The translations under genes were made by a program, and so were the position numbers. The notes beneath the pieces were generated by a model, which ran no database searches, was not told the DNA's origin, and worked only from the letters and a program-made list of their open reading frames with translations. From a virus (Duplodnaviria; Caudoviricetes): a stretch of DNA of 53,449 bases. Below, piece after piece: positions 42,375 through 50,365 of the stretch; position 1 is the stretch's first letter, and the number at the start of each line of letters is the position of its first letter. Location of the stretch: positions 1 through 53,449 of IMG/VR virus record IMGVR_UViG_3300006790_000003, one strand, 5' to 3'.

Positions 42375-43173
42375 CAGTTTCCTCCTGTGGTTCCACTTCA
42401 TCTTCAAAGGCATCAGGTAATGCTTTACGCTGTGCACTTTCTATTTGGTCTGGTGAAAATCCTTGGAATAATCCTACGACACCTGTATCAATTTTCTTGA
42501 CTTGGTTTCCTAGAGTACCAATAGCTTTTCCCAATTCTTTTAATGATTGTAGTGCAATATTCTGGTCTTCACTAGTATCTGCTAGTTGTTTCAGCGACCC
42601 TAAGATATATGCGTGGTCAATTCCTAATTGCTTTGCTATATCCTTTGCACTTTTTTCTACTTCACTCATAACTCTCTCCTGTTTAAGTAATATTACTGCT
42701 TTTTTTCGTGCTTTTTGTGCATTGTCTTCTTTAAACGTTTGCATATACGCACTTACAGCATCCGTTCCTACCGCAACTTGTGTTGCAAATAATTTTTCTT
42801 TCTGAGTACACTTGGTTCGTTTCTTCATTCGTTGCGCACCCGTTAATAATTCTGGATTGGTAGAAAACGTATATCTATTTGGGTGTTTATCAAAATCCGT
42901 ATCCATAAAAGTTTTAGGTTTATTTAGGAATGTACCTACAATTGTTCGGACATATCCGTTTGTGAGCTTATAATTTTTTGTATCTCCAGGGTGGGACATT
43001 GATTTTGCTTTTAAAATTTGAACAATATTTCCATCATCACTATATACCCAATCACCTTCTTTGGCTGTTCTCCAATCTTTCACAATAGGAGTATCTTTAT
43101 CGTGGTGGTCATAAAATTCTTCCAAGGTTTCATAGACATAATGGCGTTTATATTTAATCGTATTCGATTTCAT
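42355..43173 (-). CDS. Putative terminase small subunit with extra N-terminal domain
   Basis: C-terminal KLFA...AY...KA..LL HTH and ALQSLKELGK pattern; upstream of terL. Confidence 0.55.
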   Translation of the reverse strand: MKSNTIKYKRHYVYETLEEFYDHHDKDTPIVKDWRTAKEGDWVYSDDGNIVQILKAKSMSHPGDTKNYKLTNGYVRTIVGTFLNKPKTFMDTDFDKHPNRYTFSTNPELLTGAQRMKKRTKCTQKEKLFATQVAVGTDAVSAYMQTFKEDNAQKARKKAVILLKQERVMSEVEKSAKDIAKQLGIDHAYILGSLKQLADTSEDQNIALQSLKELGKAIGTLGNQVKKIDTGVVGLFQGFSPDQIESAQRKALPDAFEDEVEPQEETDDMSTL

Positions 43174-43433
43174 TTTTTTTTACTTAATTGCTTATGTAAG
43201 GACTCAATTAAATACATTACTTCCTTATCTACCCAATATTTATTTCCATTAATCTCTAAAGGTACTTTTTTTATTTCATCTTCCATATCAATTGTAGACA
43301 ATACCATATCTTCGTCTTCTATGTTATCGTTATTTAACCATTTATGGATTTTCCCCAACTTTTCCAACTCCTCTAATATGTTGAGTTGGTCTTCTAAAGG
43401 AAGTCTTGATAACCATAATATTCCGTGTGCCAT
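43170..43433 (-). CDS. Hypothetical protein
   Basis: Start moved to MAHG behind AAGGA; ATGA coupling. Confidence 0.7.
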   Translation of the reverse strand: MAHGILWLSRLPLEDQLNILEELEKLGKIHKWLNNDNIEDEDMVLSTIDMEDEIKKVPLEINGNKYWVDKEVMYLIESLHKQLSKKK

Positions 43434-43443
43434 ATTTTTTTCC

Positions 43444-43472
43444 TTGACAACCCACTCCAAACACCTTAACTT
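43444..43472 (+). promoter_or_regulatory. Sigma70-type promoter antisense to the late arm
   Basis: TTGACA-N17-TAACTT. Confidence 0.5.
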
Positions 43473-43478
43473 TACAAG

Positions 43479-43530
43479 GTTATCTACCTGTTATCTACTA
43501 GTATATACTAGTAAATAATTAGTAAATAAT
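43479..43530. repeat. Iteron-like repeats and palindrome
   Basis: GTTATCTAC x2, perfect 18-bp palindrome TACTAGTATATACTAGTA (43496-43513), TAGTAAATAAT x2. Confidence 0.8.
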
Positions 43531-43532
43531 AT

Positions 43533-43673
43533 TTATTTCTTTTTCTTTGGTTCTTTCTTTTTCTTTAAAAGTTCGACCAACTGTTTATTCAGACGTTTCT
43601 CAGATTCTTCTCGTTGTCTACGAGCAACACCTGTGAGACCATCTCTACGAATATCTTTAGAAGTTATTGTCAT
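43533..43673 (-). CDS. Small basic protein (46 aa; not in ORF track)
   Basis: MTITSKDIRRDGLTG...LLKKKKEPKKKK; directly behind a promoter-like site. Confidence 0.55.
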   Translation of the reverse strand: MTITSKDIRRDGLTGVARRQREESEKRLNKQLVELLKKKKEPKKKK

Positions 43674-43681
43674 AATACCCT

Positions 43682-43711
43682 AATATAAGTAATAAAACCC
43701 ATGTGTTCCAA
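43682..43711 (-). promoter_or_regulatory. Possible promoter at the head of the late arm
   Basis: TTGGAA-N18-TATATT. Confidence 0.4.
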
Positions 43712-43812
43712 CATTTTTTTTCACCATTTTGAAATAGACCTACTCACACACACCCTACCCCCCTAACTGTGACTTTCAATATCAATTTTTTCATTATGAG
43801 GAGAAATCAATT

Positions 43813-44079
43813 ATGGCTAAAGCGAAAACAAACGCTACTCCCGCTATAGATGAGAAACAGCTAATGTTAAAGCTATTCAATGTTCAGGTACAACTGAAGA
43901 TGGCTAGTTTGACTAAGCGTCTCAACTCTAGAGCTGGATTACCAGGTTGGTTAGTAGACAAAGAGATTAACTCTTTAATTGACTCAGCGAAGACTATGGG
44001 ACTTACGGGCGAAGGCTCAGATGTTAAAGCTTCACTAGAGGAATTTAAAGCGGTAGCTTCGTCTATCCAATCTAGTTAA
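43813..44079 (+). CDS. First gene of the early arm, hypothetical helical protein
   Basis: GAGGAG SD; followed by a hairpin and T-run. Confidence 0.8.
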   Translation: MAKAKTNATPAIDEKQLMLKLFNVQVQLKMASLTKRLNSRAGLPGWLVDKEINSLIDSAKTMGLTGEGSDVKASLEEFKAVASSIQSS

Positions 44080-44112
44080 CAGTAGCTAGTGTCTGAATAA
44101 GATTCGGGGTTT

Positions 44113-44160
44113 AGTGCACCTGGCAACGGAACGCACTTATTTACTTTATTTTATTTATTA
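44113..44160 (+). terminator. GNRA-capped hairpin with T-rich tail
   Basis: AGTGC-AC-CTG-GCAA-CGG-AAC-GCACT, then TATTTACTTTATTTT. Confidence 0.5.
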
Positions 44161-44426
44161 TTATTATCATTCTATTACAGATACAGTACTATTTTAAGTG
44201 ATATGGCATATATACCTTAATATTTTAATCATATGTGATAGATATAGTTTAATATGTAAAGAGAAACACCCTATATACTATAAACTTTTAAGTAAACATG
44301 GGTAAACAACAATAGATTTACACAAATCGCTGAAATACAGCGTTATTATCTCTAAGTGATATGTCGTATTCACATTGATAATATAATGCAACCTATGCAC
44401 ATTCTCGTGCGTAAAAAGGACGAAAA

Positions 44427-44606
44427 ATGAGAATAAATCAAGTTCTTATGATACATAAAATCAATGCAATACTATGTGGTGGTTATATGACACGTGGTAA
44501 AGTAGAGATTATATGTGAACTAATACGAAAACAGAACATTGACGCTTCTAATGAAGACATTGATGTATTGTTACGTACCATAAGTGTTGTAGAAGACTAC
44601 AACTAA
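44427..44606 (+). CDS. Small hypothetical protein (59 aa; not in ORF track)
   Basis: AAGGA SD; MRINQVLMIHKINAILCGG... Confidence 0.6.
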   Translation: MRINQVLMIHKINAILCGGYMTRGKVEIICELIRKQNIDASNEDIDVLLRTISVVEDYN

Positions 44607-44609
44607 AAT

Positions 44610-45200
44610 TACCATTATAGTATGGCAACGATGTAGAGATGAGGATTAGTCCCCTTGTCTCTATATCATATAATTTGGTGGAATTATGCCTCTTGTGGGC
44701 GACCGTAAACTACGTGGTTAATCCAGGAAAGTAGTTGAAACGTGACCAGTCTTATATAGTATTATCTATTTCGATATGCATAGTAGATAGTCATTTACAA
44801 TCACGGTATGTATAAGATGAATGAAATATTTGCACAAATCGGTTATATAAATCCAGGCATCAATGCATAATGAAACCAATAAGTTTTTTTTCTCGTAGTA
44901 AGGACCTTTATCGTTCATTACCTCGTTCCTTTGGTTATGTTGTTTATCAATTAGGTTGGTAGAGGTCCAAAAATTATTAAAATACGGCTATATAAGTGGA
45001 TAATAATGTAACACCGCACATAATCCACCTTGAGGCAATTGGATATCAAAAGTATATCTGAGTAGTTAGGCAATGGTTAAATGACTGAGCAAACCTATGC
45101 TAATCAAGATACCGAACAAAGATAAGCGCAGGTGTATCTTAAGTGGTATTGTAGGGGGATAGCTTCCCAATGCGTAATCCTACTATAGACGTATTTTAAT
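44610..45200 (+). ncRNA. Candidate structured ncRNA cluster I
   Basis: No ORF of 60 aa or more; nested stems 44630-44667, 44675-44879, 44902-44968 and 44976-45200, with G-U pairs favouring the + strand. Confidence 0.6.
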
Positions 45201-45233
45201 ATCTTTAATCAAGTAAACAGAAAGTAGGTAGTT

Positions 45234-45857
45234 ATGAATATTAAAAAATGGGAGTACAAGCAACGTCAAGCTCCAAATAAACAATCGTTGCATTATAGGA
45301 ACTTTATGAAACAATATAGAGCTTATAATAAATTTATTGCTAAATGGGGTAGATTACCAATGCAAAGTAATAGTTGTAATCGTAGACCTATTGCAGAGCG
45401 TAGATTATATCAATGGGCATCACAGATAAAACATAGAATGCAACAACGTAAACTTCCGCAATGGAAATATAATTTATGTACAAATATTGCTGGTTGGGAA
45501 TGGAATAGACAAAGTAATGTATGGACACAACGTTATTTAGAATGTAAAGCATACATAGAACAATATGGTCATACTCCAACACAAATACGACCAGAACGCT
45601 TTCCAAAAAGAATACATAAAGGAAAGTGGATTTCACCAGTTGATGCACAATTACACACCTTATCTATATGGGTAATGTGTCAACGCAAGAAGTTTAATAA
45701 AGGTGAATTATTACCACAACGATTAAACGCATTAATAGATATTGATTTTGAATTTGAACCACCTATGGGTCGTTCCGTTAGAACTAATGGTATGATAGAT
45801 GGTATGGATACGATGGAAAATATCAATAGAATAGTAGAGGAGAATGATTATGTCTAA
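45234..45857 (+). CDS. Stand-alone tandem helicase-associated (HA) domain protein
   Basis: Two W...Y...YG..P...L..W...Q......L.....L..I.[WF].[WF] units. Confidence 0.8.
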   Translation: MNIKKWEYKQRQAPNKQSLHYRNFMKQYRAYNKFIAKWGRLPMQSNSCNRRPIAERRLYQWASQIKHRMQQRKLPQWKYNLCTNIAGWEWNRQSNVWTQRYLECKAYIEQYGHTPTQIRPERFPKRIHKGKWISPVDAQLHTLSIWVMCQRKKFNKGELLPQRLNALIDIDFEFEPPMGRSVRTNGMIDGMDTMENINRIVEENDYV

Positions 45858-46014
45858 ACCTTATCATCAGTATTATAATGAAATACAACATACTGATAAA
45901 CGTAAAAGTATTGCTGTTCTAAAAGCATATAGAAAATACAGACAAGAAACATTGTTAGGACGTATTGCAATTAGAATGGATAGTTTAATTGATTTGCTAA
46001 GAAGGAGGTCTTAG
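45850..46014 (+). CDS. Small basic hypothetical protein (54 aa; not in ORF track)
   Basis: GAGGAG SD; bridges the flanking genes. Confidence 0.65.
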   Translation: MSKPYHQYYNEIQHTDKRKSIAVLKAYRKYRQETLLGRIAIRMDSLIDLLRRRS

Positions 46015-46015
46015 T

Positions 46016-46546
46016 ATGGGAATGGATTTAGTAGCAAAAAAACCTAAAAATGAGAACTACACGGATTATAGATTTAATGTCTGGGGTTGGAGACCAGTAT
46101 GGGACTATTGTATACAATATGGATGTGAAAAATATATTAAAGATAGAAAGACACCACTTATATCAATAGAAACAGCTCAGAATGGACATTATAATAGTGG
46201 TCATTTAGTCTCAGAAGAAGAAGCAAAGAAATTAGCTGAAATGATTAAAGAACATCATTTAAATGGCACATTAGATAAACATCACGCTGGTATACAAGCT
46301 GGGATAGAAGAAGCAAAATTATTTAATGCTGAGTTAGAAAAGAGATTAGCATCTTTAAAGAAACAAGCAGAGAAAGAAGCTGGTAAATCTGATTTAGCAC
46401 CAATCAATTATCCTGAAACATATAAAAAGAGATATGATGAGCTTGTTGAAACTCGTGATTGGCGTAGTTATTATCCTTTTCATAGAGAAAAAATGTTAGA
46501 CTTTGCAATATTTATGGAACAATCTGGAGGGTTCGAAATATGGTAA
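46016..46546 (+). CDS. Hypothetical phage protein
   Basis: AAGGAGG SD; MGMDL...NVWGWRP...SGGFEIW. Confidence 0.8.
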   Translation: MGMDLVAKKPKNENYTDYRFNVWGWRPVWDYCIQYGCEKYIKDRKTPLISIETAQNGHYNSGHLVSEEEAKKLAEMIKEHHLNGTLDKHHAGIQAGIEEAKLFNAELEKRLASLKKQAEKEAGKSDLAPINYPETYKKRYDELVETRDWRSYYPFHREKMLDFAIFMEQSGGFEIW

Positions 46547-46809
46547 ATAAAAACAGCCAAAAATACCGCATCTTAAAGCACTTAAAAAGACATAGACGCA
46601 TCACATCAATGGAAGCGTTTACAAAATTTAATGCTACAAGACTTAGCGGTATTATATACAATCTTAGAGATGATGGGTTTATCATTAATACAGAACGTAT
46701 TGTAAAAAATGGAAAATCATTTGGACGATATTATCTGATTGAAAATGATACAAACGAATCGTTGTTAACTCAATATTTCTTACAAGATTGGGCAGTAATT
46801 AATGGTTAG
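46540..46809 (+). CDS. Winged helix-turn-helix protein
   Basis: SQ..RIL.HL...ITS.EA....RL...I..LR..G..I.T pattern. Confidence 0.8.
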   Translation: MVNKNSQKYRILKHLKRHRRITSMEAFTKFNATRLSGIIYNLRDDGFIINTERIVKNGKSFGRYYLIENDTNESLLTQYFLQDWAVING

Positions 46810-46821
46810 CACTCTACTTGT

Positions 46822-46839
46822 TTTACTTGGTGCGTAAAC
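46822..46839. repeat. Inverted copy of the 3721 dyad element
   Basis: TTTACTTGGTGCGTAAAC. Confidence 0.85.
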
Positions 46840-46840
46840 A

Positions 46841-46882
46841 AAAGGTTGAGGTGTATTCCTTGTGGATATGCCTTGACTTTTT
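46841..46882 (+). terminator. Intrinsic terminator overlapping the next promoter
   Basis: AAAGGTTGAGGTGTATTC/GGATATGCCTTGACTTTT stem followed by a T-run. Confidence 0.65.
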
Positions 46883-46901
46883 CTATTGATATTACTATAT
46901 T
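46873..46901 (+). promoter_or_regulatory. Sigma70-type promoter of the recombination/replication operon
   Basis: TTGACT-N17-TATATT, then GGGAGG and ATG 46925. Confidence 0.75.
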
Positions 46902-46924
46902 TAGAGACATTTCAGGGAGGAAAT

Positions 46925-47674
46925 ATGATAGATATTCCAAAGATATATAACGATTATCTACAACAAAAAAACAAAGAAAATCGTAAAAAGTACAAAGATT
47001 ACCAAGAGTGGTTTAGTGCTAGTAGCGCAGGTAGTTGTTATAGAAAGCAGTTGCATAGGCAACAAGATTTAACGCTAGAACCTTTAGAAGAAAAGAGTGC
47101 AAGACTTTTAAGATTAGGAACTTTAGTACACGCAGACTTTGAACAAGCATTAAAAGATTGGGACATACAAGAACACGTAGATAAACCTGATGAGATACAA
47201 GTATTTACAGAACATAGAATAGAAATACCTGAACTCAATGTAATGGGTCATTTAGATATTGGTGTTGTCAATCGTGAAGGTGAAATGATACACGTATATG
47301 ATATTAAAACCGCAGGTGCTTGGAAATGGCGTATGAAGTTTGGTAGAAATCCAGACAAAAGTCCTAGTACAAATTATGAGTTACAGTTAGCTACATATGC
47401 TATAGGACTAGGAAACCAAGAAGATATAACTGATGTGAGATTATCAATTATGTGGTATAACAAAGATAATTCACAAATGAAAGAAGAGCCAATTTCTAAT
47501 ATGTATATGGAAGCGGCGTTTGATTATTGGACAGATTTGAATGAAACAAGCGATAATGTGAAAGGTGAAGCAGAAATGTTAAACCCTGGAAGTGAAAATG
47601 TTCCTGTATATAAGTGGGAATGTAAGTATTGTGAATTTCAAGGTAAATATTGTCCTGGATTATATAACATTTAA
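46925..47674 (+). CDS. Cas4-like PD-(D/E)xK exonuclease
   Basis: S...C.R, G...H, E, GHLD, DIKT, QL..Y, C..C.F...C (Fe-S cysteines). Confidence 0.88.
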   Translation: MIDIPKIYNDYLQQKNKENRKKYKDYQEWFSASSAGSCYRKQLHRQQDLTLEPLEEKSARLLRLGTLVHADFEQALKDWDIQEHVDKPDEIQVFTEHRIEIPELNVMGHLDIGVVNREGEMIHVYDIKTAGAWKWRMKFGRNPDKSPSTNYELQLATYAIGLGNQEDITDVRLSIMWYNKDNSQMKEEPISNMYMEAAFDYWTDLNETSDNVKGEAEMLNPGSENVPVYKWECKYCEFQGKYCPGLYNI

Positions 47675-47696
47675 ACACTAGAAAGGAGGAAATCTA

Positions 47697-47945
47697 GTGA
47701 TAGAAGGTGAAACACAAGAATGTGTTATTTGTAATCAAGACATAGATAAGCAAATCTTAACAAGATATAACCCAATTACAGATACTGAAGTAAGAGATGT
47801 ATATTGGACGGAGGGACATAACGCTGAACCAGTTAAAAAAGGTAGATGTTGCACACATTGTAATAATACAGTAGTAATACCTACACGACTGGCACAGTTA
47901 CTTCCTGAGAATGCTTTAGATGCGGAGATTAGAAATGACGCTTGA
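47697..47945 (+). CDS. Zn-binding small protein, paralog 1
   Basis: CVIC...GHNAEPVKKGRCCTHCN..V.PTRL; GTG start with AAGGAGG. Confidence 0.75.
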   Translation: MIEGETQECVICNQDIDKQILTRYNPITDTEVRDVYWTEGHNAEPVKKGRCCTHCNNTVVIPTRLAQLLPENALDAEIRNDA

Positions 47946-48138
47946 TACATATAAAAACCCTAAGAATTGTTGTCTTTGTGGAGAGAAATTAGGAAACCCT
48001 TATGGATTCAATGCAGAGCCAATAAAAAATGGAAGATGCTGTGCAGTATGTAATTACCAAGCAGTATTACCAACACGATTAAAACTATTTGTAAACGAAA
48101 TAAAGAAAGAAGGTAAACACGATGGCGAACGTAAATAG
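47935..48138 (+). CDS. Zn-binding small protein, paralog 2
   Basis: CCLC...GFNAEPIKNGRCCAVCN..V.PTRL. Confidence 0.75.
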   Translation: MTLDTYKNPKNCCLCGEKLGNPYGFNAEPIKNGRCCAVCNYQAVLPTRLKLFVNEIKKEGKHDGERK

Positions 48139-48331
48139 TAAAACTTTTGGAGATGTAGTTGTTTATGAAAGTGAATGGCGTTCATTTCTAGAAGTGCAGA
48201 AGTCTGGAAATCATAATATGATGAGTCCAGCAGCTAGAGTAGAGGGAGGTTGCGACAAAGAAACTTGGTTTGCAATGCTATCTAATTATGAAACACTTGA
48301 AAAAGAATGGGGTAACGATGAAACAGAATAA
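48122..48331 (+). CDS. Hypothetical phage protein
   Basis: VQKSG.HNM...NY..L motif, operon packing. Confidence 0.7.
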   Translation: MANVNSKTFGDVVVYESEWRSFLEVQKSGNHNMMSPAARVEGGCDKETWFAMLSNYETLEKEWGNDETE

Positions 48332-48893
48332 CGTATTTGAAGTACTAAGTAAAATAGACGTCAAAGAACACATTGAGAAGAAAGGTAATTTTAGCTATCT
48401 TTCTTGGGCTTGGGCTGTGAGAGTATTATTAGAAAACTTTCCTCAAGCTACTTGGGAAGTACATACTTATTTTGATAATGGTGTAGAAACACCTTATATG
48501 CGTACTGAAGCTGGTGCATTTGTACAAGTAACAGTAAGTATAGAAGAAGTACGAAGAACTCAAGTACACCCAGTATTAGACCATACAAACAAAACTGTAT
48601 TAGAACCTAATGCTTTTCAAATAAACACAGCAATACAACGTTGTTTAGCAAAAGCAATAGCACTACACGGATTAGGATTGTATATCTATGCTGGTGAAGA
48701 TTTGCCAACAGCTCCTGATAAATTAAATAAAGAGCAATATGAATCTATCTTTGGATTGTTAAAAGTAATTGACGATAAAGAGTTAGAGGCAAAAGTAATC
48801 GAACAAATTGGTGATGAAACTATCAATGATGCTAACTTTAAAGCGGCGTATGCAAAACTAAAACGCAAAGCTGATAAGGTAGGTGCAAAATGA
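48318..48893 (+). CDS. sak: Sak (Rad52-like) single-strand annealing protein
   Basis: EKKGNFSYLSWAWA...PVLD...INTAIQRCLAKAIALHGLGLYIYAGEDLP. Confidence 0.92.
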   Translation: MKQNNVFEVLSKIDVKEHIEKKGNFSYLSWAWAVRVLLENFPQATWEVHTYFDNGVETPYMRTEAGAFVQVTVSIEEVRRTQVHPVLDHTNKTVLEPNAFQINTAIQRCLAKAIALHGLGLYIYAGEDLPTAPDKLNKEQYESIFGLLKVIDDKELEAKVIEQIGDETINDANFKAAYAKLKRKADKVGAK

Positions 48894-49150
48894 AGTTAGA
48901 AGAAATCAACAATACAGACGATTATAGAGATGATGTATATAAAGTAAACGCTAAATACACAATAGGTGTGAATGATGGTAAAGAATTTCGTGAAGCTACC
49001 TTTACTGGTACAAAGCTATATCACGGAAAACCAATAATGACATTTGTAATGTGGGGTGGTACACGTAATGGTCATCTAAACTTGAATATTAACCAAAGCT
49101 ATCTATCTTATGCGATAGAAGAGCCAATGGAGGTAGAACAAGATGGGTAA
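48890..49150 (+). CDS. Hypothetical protein
   Basis: ATGA coupling. Confidence 0.7.
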   Translation: MKLEEINNTDDYRDDVYKVNAKYTIGVNDGKEFREATFTGTKLYHGKPIMTFVMWGGTRNGHLNLNINQSYLSYAIEEPMEVEQDG

Positions 49151-49421
49151 ATTTACTCGTGAAGACGCAAAAGCAATGCTAGATGCTGGGAAAATAGACC
49201 AAGAAACTTTTGACGAAATGGAAAAAGATGGTGCATTTTCTAATTCTAGAAGAAGTACAACACGCTTTATTCAAACAGCAGATGGAACTTGGGTTTCTCC
49301 AAGACTCTATTTTGATGGATTAGGTAAAGCACAATACAGCGATAAAATGCTTGAATTGAAAACAAAGGTAAATTCTTTATTTCAAGAATATACCACAACG
49401 GAAACTGGAGACACTAAATGA
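49143..49421 (+). CDS. Hypothetical protein with N-terminal SHOCT-like motif
   Basis: AKAMLDAGKIDQETFDEM; GGAGG SD. Confidence 0.7.
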   Translation: MGKFTREDAKAMLDAGKIDQETFDEMEKDGAFSNSRRSTTRFIQTADGTWVSPRLYFDGLGKAQYSDKMLELKTKVNSLFQEYTTTETGDTK

Positions 49422-49984
49422 AACCGATAGAAAATGCGATATACAATGAAAGTAAAAACACATATAAACCAATACCTGAAGGTACATATCCAGCTCATAT
49501 TAACAAGTTTGAGTCAAAAGAATATAATGGTGCATATGTATTTAATATCACTTTTAAAGTAGCAGAAGAAGCCAAGGATATTGAGTTTGCTGAACAGCAG
49601 AAAGATAACAATGGTAAATTAGTACCAACAGGTGCTAGTGTTACTGGGAAACAAGCTGTAGGCAAGGAATATCGTACTGATAAAGGTATATGGTTAACAC
49701 CAAACTTATCTGAAGAAGATTCTTGGAAGAACAAACGTTATGCTGAGTTCTTTGCAAGTATTGGTATGGCTTTTGGAACAGACAAAGAGGGTAATACTCA
49801 ATTACAAATGGTTGAAGAAGCTGATGTAATGGGATTGCCTTGTTTAGTGGAATTGGTAAATACTGAGTTTAAAAATCAAGAAGGTGAAACTCGTTCATCA
49901 CTTAAAGTAGGTAAAGTACATAAGTGGGAAGACGGAGAACGCATTAGTTCTGATGAATTAGAAGCAGACGATTTACCATTTTAA
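49418..49984 (+). CDS. Phage ssDNA-binding protein (OB-fold, DUF669-like)
   Basis: PIPEGTY.A.I N-terminus, acidic EADDLPF tail, downstream of Sak. Confidence 0.8.
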   Translation: MKPIENAIYNESKNTYKPIPEGTYPAHINKFESKEYNGAYVFNITFKVAEEAKDIEFAEQQKDNNGKLVPTGASVTGKQAVGKEYRTDKGIWLTPNLSEEDSWKNKRYAEFFASIGMAFGTDKEGNTQLQMVEEADVMGLPCLVELVNTEFKNQEGETRSSLKVGKVHKWEDGERISSDELEADDLPF

Positions 49985-49997
49985 ATCACCAGACAGC

Positions 49998-50045
49998 GGG
50001 GTAGATGAATTAAACCTAACCAGGTTATCTTCATATTTCTACCCC
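49998..50045 (+). terminator. Stem-loop after the SSB gene
   Basis: GGGGTAGA/TCTACCCC closing stem; weak U-tail. Confidence 0.45.
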
Positions 50046-50062
50046 AAGTCTAATTTAGGACT

Positions 50063-50090
50063 TTGTTTCCTGAAAATTATTTTGTATATT
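50063..50090 (+). promoter_or_regulatory. Possible sigma70-type promoter
   Basis: TTGTTT-N16-TATATT. Confidence 0.4.
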
Positions 50091-50092
50091 AT

Positions 50093-50169
50093 ATGAGGGC
50101 TCACGTATTGAGATTAACCAGGATATTCCTGGTCATGTGAATACAGGTATGGCTACTTAGAGCTCTCGT
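50093..50169 (+). ncRNA. Candidate three-way-junction leader RNA
   Basis: ATGAGGGCTC/GAGCTCTCGT closing stem; ACCAGG/CCTGGT inner stem. Confidence 0.45.
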
Positions 50170-50185
50170 ATAATAAGGAGGAATC

Positions 50186-50365
50186 ATGGATAAACTTAAA
50201 CAAGCACAAGAATTGTTGCGTCTTGGTACTGTTTGGAATAAAATTATTGAAGAAATAAAAAACACTTTAGAAATTGGTTCCAGCGAAAAAGACATTATAG
50301 ATGATATTGTGCAAAGAACTTGGGCTGAGGAAAAAGAAAATGAACGAAGCAGTAATAACAATTAA
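50186..50365 (+). CDS. Small hypothetical protein (59 aa; not in ORF track)
   Basis: AAGGAGG SD; MDKLKQAQELLRLGTVW... Confidence 0.75.
   Translation: MDKLKQAQELLRLGTVWNKIIEEIKNTLEIGSSEKDIIDDIVQRTWAEEKENERSSNNN

Noticed and set aside
3990-43518. Many + strand ORFs inside the late arm, and - strand ORFs inside the early arm
   Set aside because: Antisense shadows of long genes, with no SD and S/F/L-rich composition
43533-43566. Polypyrimidine tract as a regulatory element
   Set aside because: Explained by Lys/Glu codons of the small minus-strand ORF
46828-46857. Xer dif site (GGTGCG... resembles the XerC arm)
   Set aside because: No TTATGTTAAAT-like XerD arm at the 6-nt spacing
46925-47674. 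CRISPR-Cas system from the Cas4-like gene
   Set aside because: No repeat-spacer array or other cas genes seen; solo Cas4-like nucleases near Sak/SSB are ordinary phage recombination genes
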